41,646 nt of DNA from positions 1-41,646 of the forward strand of contig CAYGWK010000006.1 of the NCBI GenBank assembly GCA_964353785.1, written 5' to 3'. Position 1 is the first letter of the stretch. Every line of letters begins with the position of its first letter. Position numbers and translations under genes: made by a program. The notes under the pieces were generated by a model. The model saw nothing but the letters and a program-made list of their open reading frames with translations. It ran no database searches and was not told the DNA's origin. Source of the DNA: an uncultured Gammaproteobacteria bacterium (GTDB lineage Bacteria > Patescibacteriota > Microgenomatia > CAYGWK01). Shown in pieces: positions 31,201 through 38,435 of the stretch.

Positions 31201-32811
31201 ATGCAACCAAAGTTTATTTTTGTTTCTGGAGGGGTAATTTCCGGTTTAGGAAAGGGGATTACCACCGCCTCAATTGGGCTTCTTTTAAAATCTTCTGGCT
31301 TAAAAGTGTCTGCGGTTAAATGCGACATGTATTTAAATATTGACGCTGGAACAATGAATCCCTTAGAACACGGAGAAATTTTTGTCACTGATGACGGGAC
31401 CGAGGCAGACCAAGATTTAGGACATTATGAAAGATTCCTAGATACCTCTCTAGCGAAAGAAAACTATATTACTGCTGGCCAAATTTATCAAAAAGTTCTG
31501 GAAAAAGAAAGAGCCCTGGAATACGACGGTAGGTGCGTCGATGCCTACTATTATATTCCTCCTGAGATAATTTTAAGATTTGAGTCATTGGGAAAGAAGG
31601 CAGAAGTCATTTTAATCGAATATGGAGGGACTGTTGGCGAATACCAAAACGTGATGTTTTTTGAAGCCGCTCGGAGAATGAAAATTAAACACAAAGAAAA
31701 TGTTTTATTTGTCCATGTTGGTTATTTACCTATTCCCCTATCAATAGGGGAGATGAAAACTAAACCGCTTCAGCAATCAATCTATCAATTAAATGAGTTA
31801 GGGATTCAGCCGGATATAATTATTTGTCGTTCAGAGAAACCAATTGATAATCGGCGTAAAGAAAAAATTGCCCTCGCGGCTGCTTTGGAAACTGATGATA
31901 TTTTTTCCAATCCTGATGTTCCTTCAATTTATGAAGTTCCTTTAATTTTAGAAGAGCAAGGTCTAACAAAGAGAATTTTGGCGAAACTCGCTCTTAAGCC
32001 AAAAAAGAAAAATTTGAGTGATTGGAAAGAGATGGTTCAGAGGGTAAAGAAGGTCAAAAAGGAAATAAAAATTGCCATGGTTGGAAAGTATTATACCTCT
32101 GGTGGTTTTTCTTTAGAGGATTCTTATGTTTCCGTAGTTGAAGCAATTAAACACGCCGCCTGGGCAAACGGGGTCATGCCAGAAATTGTCTGGTTTGATT
32201 CAGAAAGGATTGAGAAAGAAGGGATAGAAGAATTAAAAGGCGTTGATGGAATAATTGTTCCTCAAGGATGGGGAAGCCGGGGGGTTGAAGGAAAGATAAA
32301 AGCGGTCAAGTTTGCTCGAGAAAATAAAATTCCCTATTTAGGTCTTTGTTTTGGGATGCAAATGGCCGTAATTGAGTTTGCTCGGAATGTTTTAGGTTTT
32401 ACTGGAGCAAATTCGACCGAGGTTAACCCTAAAACCAAATATCCAGTTATCCACATTATGCCTGACCAGAAAAAATATTTAGAAAAACATCAATATGGAG
32501 GAACAATTAGGCTTGGAGCCTGGCCCTGTAAAGTTTTACCTGGAACTAGACTGTCTAAATTTTACGGCGTATCCGGAACTGTCAGTGAGCGCCATAGGCA
32601 CCGCTATGAATTTAACAATAAATATCGGCAAATTTTTGAAAAGAGAGGGATGAAAATTTCCGGAGTTTCTCCTGATGGAAAATTGGTTGAGGCAGTAGAG
32701 ATTCCTGACCATCCATTTTTTGTCGGAACCCAATTCCATCCTGAATACAAATCCCGGCCACTCTCTTCCCATCCTTTATTTGTAGAATTTATTAAAGCTG
32801 CCGTCAGGTGA
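31201..32811 (+). CDS. pyrG: CTP synthase
   Basis: KFIFVSGGVISGLGKGITTASIG N-terminus and glutamine amidotransferase motifs GLCFGMQ and HRHRYEFN. Confidence 0.97.
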   Translation: MQPKFIFVSGGVISGLGKGITTASIGLLLKSSGLKVSAVKCDMYLNIDAGTMNPLEHGEIFVTDDGTEADQDLGHYERFLDTSLAKENYITAGQIYQKVLEKERALEYDGRCVDAYYYIPPEIILRFESLGKKAEVILIEYGGTVGEYQNVMFFEAARRMKIKHKENVLFVHVGYLPIPLSIGEMKTKPLQQSIYQLNELGIQPDIIICRSEKPIDNRRKEKIALAAALETDDIFSNPDVPSIYEVPLILEEQGLTKRILAKLALKPKKKNLSDWKEMVQRVKKVKKEIKIAMVGKYYTSGGFSLEDSYVSVVEAIKHAAWANGVMPEIVWFDSERIEKEGIEELKGVDGIIVPQGWGSRGVEGKIKAVKFARENKIPYLGLCFGMQMAVIEFARNVLGFTGANSTEVNPKTKYPVIHIMPDQKKYLEKHQYGGTIRLGAWPCKVLPGTRLSKFYGVSGTVSERHRHRYEFNNKYRQIFEKRGMKISGVSPDGKLVEAVEIPDHPFFVGTQFHPEYKSRPLSSHPLFVEFIKAAVR

Positions 32812-32822
32812 TAAAATAAACT

Positions 32823-33353
32823 ATGGATTATTATACCCTTAAAATTTGCGGGTTAACTCGAAAACTTCCCATTGTCTCTTTAGGACCACATTTAAAAATT
32901 GCCTCTTTTAATTTGCTTGGTGACGGTGAGTTGGTTGAGAAAGTTGCTTGCGAGCTTGAGAAAAAAATTAAAAAATTTGATTTTGATTTTTTGGTTGGTC
33001 CAGAGGTTAAGGTTGTTCCTCTTCTTCAGGTTCTAGCCCAAAAAGTGGGTAAACCTCGGTACGTGATTTTGCGGAAAAATATCATGGGATATATGGTTAA
33101 GCCAGCTTCTAATAAATCAAAACCGACTTTGGTTTTAAATGGACCAGATGCGGAAATTTTAAAAGGGAAGAAGATACTTATCGTTGATGATGTTGTCTCA
33201 ACTGGAAGAACAATAAGGGTAGTAGTAGAGTTGATGAAAACAGTTGGGGCCGAGGTTGTCGGAGCGGTGGCGGTTTTAAAACAAGGAGAAAAGCAAGAAG
33301 AACTTGAAATTCCCTTCTTATTTCTGGGAACCTTACCTCTTTTTCAAACATAA
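32823..33353 (+). CDS. type I phosphoribosyltransferase (apt/purine-PRT-like)
   Basis: PRPP-binding motif KILIVDDVVSTGRT; 176 aa. Confidence 0.75.
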   Translation: MDYYTLKICGLTRKLPIVSLGPHLKIASFNLLGDGELVEKVACELEKKIKKFDFDFLVGPEVKVVPLLQVLAQKVGKPRYVILRKNIMGYMVKPASNKSKPTLVLNGPDAEILKGKKILIVDDVVSTGRTIRVVVELMKTVGAEVVGAVAVLKQGEKQEELEIPFLFLGTLPLFQT

Positions 33354-33434
33354 ATTGGGTCTTCCCGCCTGACCTTACTGTTCGCCTTCAGGTATTATTC
33401 ATACACGGCTCACAGAGCGGTCTTAGGCGGGTGC

Positions 33435-33466
33435 GGGGCAAAATAAAAATAGCCTTATTTTGCCCC
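33435..33466 (+). other. perfect 12-bp stem-loop GGGGCAAAATAA-8nt-TTATTTTGCCCC
   Basis: Read directly. No clean T-run follows on either strand, so terminator function is uncertain. Confidence 0.5.
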
Positions 33467-33495
33467 TTGACAAATTTTTCACAAGGTTATAATCT
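33467..33495 (+). promoter_or_regulatory. consensus-like promoter (-35 TTGACA 33467-33472; -10 TATAAT 33488-33493 at 15 nt, or TAATCT 33490-33495 at 17 nt)
   Basis: Read directly. It lies inside the intergenic part of the high-GC island. Confidence 0.4.
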
Positions 33496-33576
33496 TTAAA
33501 TGTCAGAACAATAATTCTTGTCTGATCGCAAGATGAAAAATTATAAATTGATCAGCGATTTTTCAATTCATCAGAA

Positions 33577-33605
33577 AGCGCCTGAAATATAAGCGGCGCT
33601 TTTTT
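33577..33605 (+). terminator. hairpin AGCGCC-12nt-GGCGCT + TTTTT
   Basis: Stem 33577-33582/33595-33600 followed by T5 at 33601-33605. Confidence 0.45.
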
Positions 33606-33779
33606 GGTGGTTTTAGCACGTTCACCCACCTGATTTTAGCACTCGGCTTTTCAATTCTATTCGAATACGCCTCGTGCTGCGATTTATGGCGGGTCTGCGT
33701 CGCAAACGCGATGCATTTGCTCCTTGACAAGTGAATAGGCTAGAAAAAAAGGGGAAATCAAAAAAGGGAGGTTTATCGG

Positions 33780-35051
33780 ATGAGGAAGGGATTTTTGTGT
33801 CTAGTTATGTTTCTGTTCTTGCTGGCTTTGGTAGGTTGCGCGACGACGGCAACGCCGACAGCGGCGCCATCTTTGCCGACGGCGACGGCCAAACCAGCGG
33901 AGCCGACGGCCACGCCTAAGCCAGCGCCAACATCAACACCTGTACCGCCAACGCCCACACCAGAACCGTTCCTCTTCGGGATAGTTCTGGTAGGGCCTAA
34001 GGACGACCATGGCTGGAGCCAGGCGCACTATGTGGCCGCTGAATACGTCAAAGAGAATGTCCCTAGTTCGGACTTCGTCGTCTACGAGAGCCTCGTCCCT
34101 GGAGGTGAGGTGACCCTGGAGCAGGTGGTGGACGACATGGTGACCCAGGGGGCTAAATTGATCTTGACCACCTCCGACGCCTTTGAGGAGGATACCATCG
34201 GAGTGGCCAAGAAATACCCGGAGATCGTCTTCATCAACGTCTCGGGTGACGATGTTTTAACCGGGGAGGCTCCCGCCAACGAGGGCAACTTCATGGGTAA
34301 AATGGAGTATATGAAGAGTGCTGCTGGCTGTGCGGCCGCCCTGATGACTGACACTGGGAACATCGCCTACCTGGGTCCTCTGATTAACGATGAGACCCGA
34401 AGGTTGGTGGCGTCAGCCTACCTAGGGGCCCGCTACTGCTACCAGAATCGAGGACTGGATCCGGCTGACCTTCGCTTCGTCGTTACCTGGATTGGCTTTT
34501 GGTTCAACCTCCCGGGCGTCACCCTTGACCCGACCGAGGTGGTCAACGGCTTCTTTGACCAGGGCGCAGATGTGGTTCTCTCCGGCATTGACACCACCGA
34601 AGCGTTGGTCGAGGCTGGCAAACGGGCAGCCCGAGGAGAACGGGTCTTCGCCGTCCCTTATGACTTTAAGGGAGCCTGCGATGAAGCCCCGGAGGTCTGT
34701 TTGGGAGTTCCCTATTTCAACTGGGGACCGGCTTACCTTTCTACAGTCAAGGCGGTGAGAGACGGCACCTGGAAACAGTCCTGGGATTGGAACGGCCCCG
34801 ACTGGACCAACATTAATAGTCCCGATACCAGCAACGTAGGTTTCCTGGTAGGGCCAGCCTTGCCGGATGAGGTCAAAGCTCAGGTAGAAGAGTTCATTGC
34901 TGGCTTGGCATCCGGTGACATACTCCTTTTCAAGGGCCCCCTGAACTTTCAGGACGGGACTACCTATCTGGAAGATGGCCAGAAGGCTACTGACAAGGAG
35001 ATATGGTACTTCCCGCAACTGCTTGAGGGAATGGAAGGACCGAGCGAGTAG
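33780..35051 (+). CDS. BMP/PnrA-family ABC-transporter substrate-binding lipoprotein (nucleoside-binding type), high-GC
   Basis: Lipobox LLALVGC, PT/PA-rich linker, BMP-like core FGIVLVGPKDDHGWSQAHY and IAYLGPLINDETRR. GGGAGG lies 8 nt before the ATG. Codon usage is GC3-rich, unlike every neighbouring gene. Confidence 0.8.
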   Translation: MRKGFLCLVMFLFLLALVGCATTATPTAAPSLPTATAKPAEPTATPKPAPTSTPVPPTPTPEPFLFGIVLVGPKDDHGWSQAHYVAAEYVKENVPSSDFVVYESLVPGGEVTLEQVVDDMVTQGAKLILTTSDAFEEDTIGVAKKYPEIVFINVSGDDVLTGEAPANEGNFMGKMEYMKSAAGCAAALMTDTGNIAYLGPLINDETRRLVASAYLGARYCYQNRGLDPADLRFVVTWIGFWFNLPGVTLDPTEVVNGFFDQGADVVLSGIDTTEALVEAGKRAARGERVFAVPYDFKGACDEAPEVCLGVPYFNWGPAYLSTVKAVRDGTWKQSWDWNGPDWTNINSPDTSNVGFLVGPALPDEVKAQVEEFIAGLASGDILLFKGPLNFQDGTTYLEDGQKATDKEIWYFPQLLEGMEGPSE

Positions 35052-35093
35052 CTCTAAATATTTGGCCTATTCACATTCACAGAGGTTTATCCT

Positions 35094-35132
35094 GGACGGG
35101 GACCGGTTTCTCCCCTTTTGTGGTTCCCGTCC
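35094..35132 (+). terminator. 11-bp hairpin GGACGGGGACC-17nt-GGTTCCCGTCC (alternative GGGGA/TCCCC + TTTT) after the BMP gene
   Basis: Stems read directly; one G-T wobble in the plus-strand sense. Confidence 0.4.
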
Positions 35133-35146
35133 AAAGTTCTTTCTTC

Positions 35147-35175
35147 TTGAAACTTCGCCTTCTCCCTGTTAAAAT
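35147..35175 (+). promoter_or_regulatory. promoter of rplS (-35 TTGAAA 35147-35152, 17-nt spacer, -10 TAAAAT 35170-35175)
   Basis: Read directly. ATG 35184 is 8 nt after the -10, with no SD. Confidence 0.5.
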
Positions 35176-35183
35176 CTTCCCAT

Positions 35184-35462
35184 ATGGCAAATCAGGGAAA
35201 ATTAGAAGAGACTACTTTTTCAGTTGGCGACAATGTTAAGGTTCATTTTGGACCAGGAAATCCTTTTCAAGGAACAGTCATTGCCATTCGAGGAGAAGGA
35301 GGAAATAAAACTTTTACTGTTAGGCGAGTTGGAACAGGCAGAATTGGGATTGAAAGAATTTTTCCTTTATCTTCGCCACTTTTAACCAAAATAGAGGTTA
35401 AGAAAAAAGGCAAAGTAAGACGAGCCAAATTATATTACCTCCGAAAGCAAACTAAAAAGTAA
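35184..35462 (+). CDS. rplS: 50S ribosomal protein L19
   Basis: [11 protein letters not shown]...[21 protein letters not shown]...[11 protein letters not shown]...[10 protein letters not shown] is the L19 signature. Confidence 0.93.
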   Translation: MANQGKLEETTFSVGDNVKVHFGPGNPFQGTVIAIRGEGGNKTFTVRRVGTGRIGIERIFPLSSPLLTKIEVKKKGKVRRAKLYYLRKQTKK

Positions 35463-35824
35463 TGCCTGCTACCCGTGATTTAGGAATCTTAGGTGAAGAT
35501 TTAGCCGTGAAATTCCTCCAAAAGAATGGCTATAAAATTTTTGAAAGAAATTTTCGTTCAAAATTTGGCGAGATTGATATTGTTGCTCAAGATAAAGATA
35601 CTTTAGTTTTTGTTGAGGTTAAAACCCGCTGGAGTGAAAAATTCGGTTTGCCGGAGGAGGCGATTACTCCTTGGAAGATTAAGCGCATGACTCAAGCTTG
35701 TCAATATTATAAAATGCTTCATCCCCAAAGCCCGGAGTCTTTAAGACTGGACGCAGTCTGCATTGATCTCTCCCCCGCCGGTAAAGTAGGGGAGATAAGA
35801 CTTTTGAAAAATATCAGCGGTTGA
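35462..35824 (+). CDS. yraN: YraN-family (UPF0102) endonuclease-like protein
   Basis: GEDLAVKFLQKNGYKIFERNFRSKFGEIDIVAQDKDTLVFVEVKTR is typical of YraN. TAATG overlap with rplS. Confidence 0.85.
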   Translation: MPATRDLGILGEDLAVKFLQKNGYKIFERNFRSKFGEIDIVAQDKDTLVFVEVKTRWSEKFGLPEEAITPWKIKRMTQACQYYKMLHPQSPESLRLDAVCIDLSPAGKVGEIRLLKNISG

Positions 35825-35825
35825 C

Positions 35826-35942
35826 TTATTCTTTGCCAAAGAGGCCTTTGAACCAGTCTATGAGTGAGCGCAACCAGTCTACAAGAGAGGTGGCTCTATC
35901 CACTTTCTCCTGGCCCTCCTCCAGTTTATCTAAAGTTTCCAT
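35826..35942 (-). CDS. candidate 38-aa small protein (METLDKLEEGQEKVDRATSLVDWLRSLIDWFKGLFGKE)
   Basis: Not in the ORF track (below 60 aa). TATAAT (comp 35949-35954) lies 6 nt upstream of the ATG, the same leaderless layout seen at other genes here. Amphipathic DW-repeat C-terminus. Confidence 0.3.
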   Translation of the reverse strand: METLDKLEEGQEKVDRATSLVDWLRSLIDWFKGLFGKE

Positions 35943-36004
35943 ATTTCAATTATACAACAAATTTTCTCGGGCGGAATTTTAAGAGCTCGAAAATCACCAA
36001 TTCA

Positions 36005-36013
36005 TGTTATAAT
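36005..36013 (+). promoter_or_regulatory. extended -10 element TGtTATAAT
   Basis: TG at 36005-36006 and TATAAT at 36008-36013. ATG 36032 is 18 nt downstream. Confidence 0.35.
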
Positions 36014-36031
36014 ACTCCCTAAGAGAAACAC

Positions 36032-36439
36032 ATGATAGAAAAACTTAGATGCTTTCTTCCCAGGGAAATTTATGAGAAAGTTCTTGATCTCCGAGGGCTA
36101 GGCCTTCATGGCCCAGAATGGAATAGAAGATTAAGGGTAATTCACGTAATCCATTACGAAGCATTGAAACAGGAAAGATCCGGGAAGCCATCAGAGGAAA
36201 TTTTTGATTATATAAAAAAAGAGTTAACAAGAGAAGGGATCGGATGGGCAGAATCAGAGCAAGTATTTGCAGCAAAAGCAGACCACGAAGAGGAAATTTA
36301 TCCCAAATTGATACTTGCTAAATTGCCTGGAGATGATTCTGACCCCAGAGCGTGTGGATGGGAAGTATATTATGAGGGAGAAGCTTCAGAAAGAGACCAA
36401 TTTCCTAACCATTTTTATTTCCAAGGGCCGAAATGGTAG
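36032..36439 (+). CDS. hypothetical protein (135 aa)
   Basis: Open frame with host-like composition; no recognisable motif. Confidence 0.5.
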   Translation: MIEKLRCFLPREIYEKVLDLRGLGLHGPEWNRRLRVIHVIHYEALKQERSGKPSEEIFDYIKKELTREGIGWAESEQVFAAKADHEEEIYPKLILAKLPGDDSDPRACGWEVYYEGEASERDQFPNHFYFQGPKW

Positions 36440-36551
36440 GCAGGGCGGCAGAATTTTAAGTTCTCAAAATATCCTTAGGTTTCTAGCTAGTCAACACCCG
36501 GTGTTTGTCAAGACTTCTAATTGTCCTTAATTTCTGATATCATTTTTTTAA

Positions 36552-37055
36552 ATGAAGATTTTGGGAATAGACCCGGGAACAGCCACCACTGGATATGGAG
36601 TTTTATCCGCCAAAAGGAGCAAACTTACCCTTTTAGATTTTGGTTGGATAAAAACTGATAAAAAAGATTCTCCCCAGGATAGGTTAGTCGTAATTCACCG
36701 AGAGACCTTGGCTTTAATCAAAAACCATAAACCTGATGTTTTGGCTTTAGAGAGAATATTTTTTGCCTCAAACGCTAAAACCGCCATGGCCGTTTCTGAA
36801 GCCACTGGAGTCATCAGACTGGCGGCGGCTAAAGGAAAAGTGCCGATTGCCGAATATGTGCCGATGCAGGTTAAAATGGAAGTTTGCGGTTCAGGCAAAG
36901 CAGATAAAGAGAGGGTTAAAAAAGAGGTTCGGAAGCTTTTGTCTTTTCGCTCGCCGAATCACAAGAAAACTTTTTTTGATGATGTTTGCGATGCCTTGGC
37001 AGTTGGGATTTGCCACTGGAAGAAAGTTTATGGTAAAATAGACTTGAAGCACTGA
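36552..37055 (+). CDS. ruvC: crossover junction endodeoxyribonuclease RuvC
   Basis: MKILGIDPGTATTGYGVL N-terminus, LALERIFF, and a C-terminal DDVCDALAVGICH acidic catalytic residue pattern. Confidence 0.9.
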   Translation: MKILGIDPGTATTGYGVLSAKRSKLTLLDFGWIKTDKKDSPQDRLVVIHRETLALIKNHKPDVLALERIFFASNAKTAMAVSEATGVIRLAAAKGKVPIAEYVPMQVKMEVCGSGKADKERVKKEVRKLLSFRSPNHKKTFFDDVCDALAVGICHWKKVYGKIDLKH

Positions 37056-37078
37056 AGGGAGGTGACGAAAAACACAAA

Positions 37079-37330
37079 ATGGCGGATTTTAAGGTAGGAA
37101 AAATTACCCATTACTATGACAAAATCGGGGTGGCCGTGGTTGAGTTAACCGGCAGCCTGGCAGTGGGAGACACAATAAGAATTTCCGGACATGGCACAGA
37201 ATTTACCCAAAAAGTTGAATCAATGCAGATTGAGCATGAGGGAATTCAAGAGGCAAAAAAAGGACAGAATATAGGACTGAAGATTGAGCAAGAAGTAAAG
37301 GATGGAGATGAAGTCTATAAAGTCTCGTAA
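37079..37330 (+). CDS. small EF-Tu-domain-2-like beta-barrel protein (translation elongation factor-like)
   Basis: 83 aa. VGKITHYYDKIGVAVVEL...GDTIRI.G...QNIGLKI resembles stand-alone EF-Tu domain II-like proteins. Confidence 0.5.
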   Translation: MADFKVGKITHYYDKIGVAVVELTGSLAVGDTIRISGHGTEFTQKVESMQIEHEGIQEAKKGQNIGLKIEQEVKDGDEVYKVS

Positions 37331-37449
37331 GGACCGCATATTCCCTTAGAGTCTTCACAGAATATCGCTGATAGGGCGCTGCGCGGTCCGCTTGAGTCTG
37401 GAAATAAGTTTTACTGTGTTGCAGCGCCGCACAGATTTACACAAATAAA
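37331..37449 (+). other. GC-rich structured intergenic element (two hairpins plus a loop-to-flank complementarity)
   Basis: P1 37331-37337/37383-37389. Inner stem 37338-37343/37360-37365. Hairpin 37414-37418/37430-37434, whose loop GCAGCGC (37421-37427) is complementary to GCGCTGC (37376-37382). Confidence 0.3.
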
Positions 37450-37764
37450 ATGGAATGGATACCGGCTTCTGATATTAAAAAACAAATTTTGCTTTTAACG
37501 AAAAAACTTTCTTTAAATTATATTTCTTCAGGAAGAATTTTTTGTTTTCGGAGTTTTGGTTCAAAATCTCGCGCCACTGCCAGAATTTGGTCATTGCCGA
37601 GAATTTGGCAAAAAGCCTTAAAAACAAAACCTGGATATTGCATTGAGGTAATTTCTGAAAGATTTGATAAAATGAGTTTGGCGGAAAAAGAAAAGGTTTT
37701 AATTCATGAACTTAAACATATACCAAAAAACTTCTCGGGAGCGCTTTTAGGTCATAAAAAATGA
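37450..37764 (+). CDS. putative small HExxH metallopeptidase
   Basis: HELKH motif near the C-terminus; 104 aa; basic. The family assignment is tentative. Confidence 0.45.
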   Translation: MEWIPASDIKKQILLLTKKLSLNYISSGRIFCFRSFGSKSRATARIWSLPRIWQKALKTKPGYCIEVISERFDKMSLAEKEKVLIHELKHIPKNFSGALLGHKK

Positions 37765-38426
37765 TTAAAATTCTCCATGGCGAAAATATTGTTCAAAGTC
37801 GGAAGAGACTGACCGAGATTCTAGAAAAATCCAGAAAGGAAGGAACTGAAATAGTTTATCTTGATGGGACAAAAGTTACTATAACTGAAGTTCGCTCGGC
37901 TTTAGAATCTGGTTCGCTTTTTGGCGAGTCAAAACTTGTGGTAATTGAAAATCTGAAAGAAAAACCAGAAATTCTTACTTATTTAAAAAAGGGAAAATTT
38001 GACAACGATTTAATTTTGTGGGAGCAAAAAGAGATTAAGAGAGAGATTTTACCTGGAGCAGAGATGGAGGTTTTTAAACTCACCCCTTTAATTTTCAGTT
38101 TTCTGGAGTCCCTGAAACCTGGCAGTGTCAAGGAGAGCCTTCGACTTCTTTCTGAACTTAAGAAGGGCGAAGAACCGGAAATGATTTTTTATATGCTCGT
38201 CAGGCAGTTTCGAAACTTGATTTTGGCCAGAGATTTAGGCGCCCCTGGTTTATCAGAGATGGCTTTGTGGCAGCAAAAAAAATTTTTAAAGCAAGCGGAA
38301 AATTTCAACTTGGAACAACTTTTAGAAATATACCGAAAGCTTTTGGAAATAGATTTTGCCCAAAAGACCTCAACTGACCCTTTTAACCTCTCTTCGCGCC
38401 TTGACCTTTTAACTGCAGAAATCTAA
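37761..38426 (+). CDS. holA: DNA polymerase III delta subunit-like (short HolA)
   Basis: N-terminal pattern LHGEN...LFGESKLVVIENL and a helical C-terminus. Only 221 aa. ATGA overlap with the upstream gene. Confidence 0.5.
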   Translation: MIKILHGENIVQSRKRLTEILEKSRKEGTEIVYLDGTKVTITEVRSALESGSLFGESKLVVIENLKEKPEILTYLKKGKFDNDLILWEQKEIKREILPGAEMEVFKLTPLIFSFLESLKPGSVKESLRLLSELKKGEEPEMIFYMLVRQFRNLILARDLGAPGLSEMALWQQKKFLKQAENFNLEQLLEIYRKLLEIDFAQKTSTDPFNLSSRLDLLTAEI

Positions 38427-38435
38427 AATTGGGTT

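Noticed and set aside
32447-32455. Perfect DnaA-box-like TTATCCACA
   Set aside because: It is a single occurrence inside the pyrG coding sequence, with no cluster, no AT-rich unwinding element and no dnaA/dnaN nearby. It is not an origin.
33606-33642. Two copies of TTTTAGCAC (33611-33619 and 33634-33642), reminiscent of GTTTTAG-type CRISPR repeats
   Set aside because: There are only two short copies 23 nt apart, with no array, no leader and no cas genes in the window. The first copy also sits in the loop of a GGTGG/CCACC hairpin. This is not a CRISPR locus.
33600-33779. Purine, nucleoside or ZTP riboswitch upstream of the BMP lipoprotein gene
   Set aside because: The context would fit, but I could not find the purine-riboswitch core (P2/P3 loop-loop and conserved junction sequences) or the ZTP motif order. 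Only generic GC-rich hairpins are present, such as GCGTCGC-aaac-GCGATGC.
34422-35018. Long antisense ORFs in the track (34422..35018 -, 14063..14458 -, 24641..24946 -, 26808..27140 -, 9320..9691 -, 22872..23171 and others)
   Set aside because: All lie inside and opposite, or out of frame to, CDSs with strong family signatures. The ones in the BMP gene are the expected stop-poor shadow frames of GC-rich DNA. No motifs support them.
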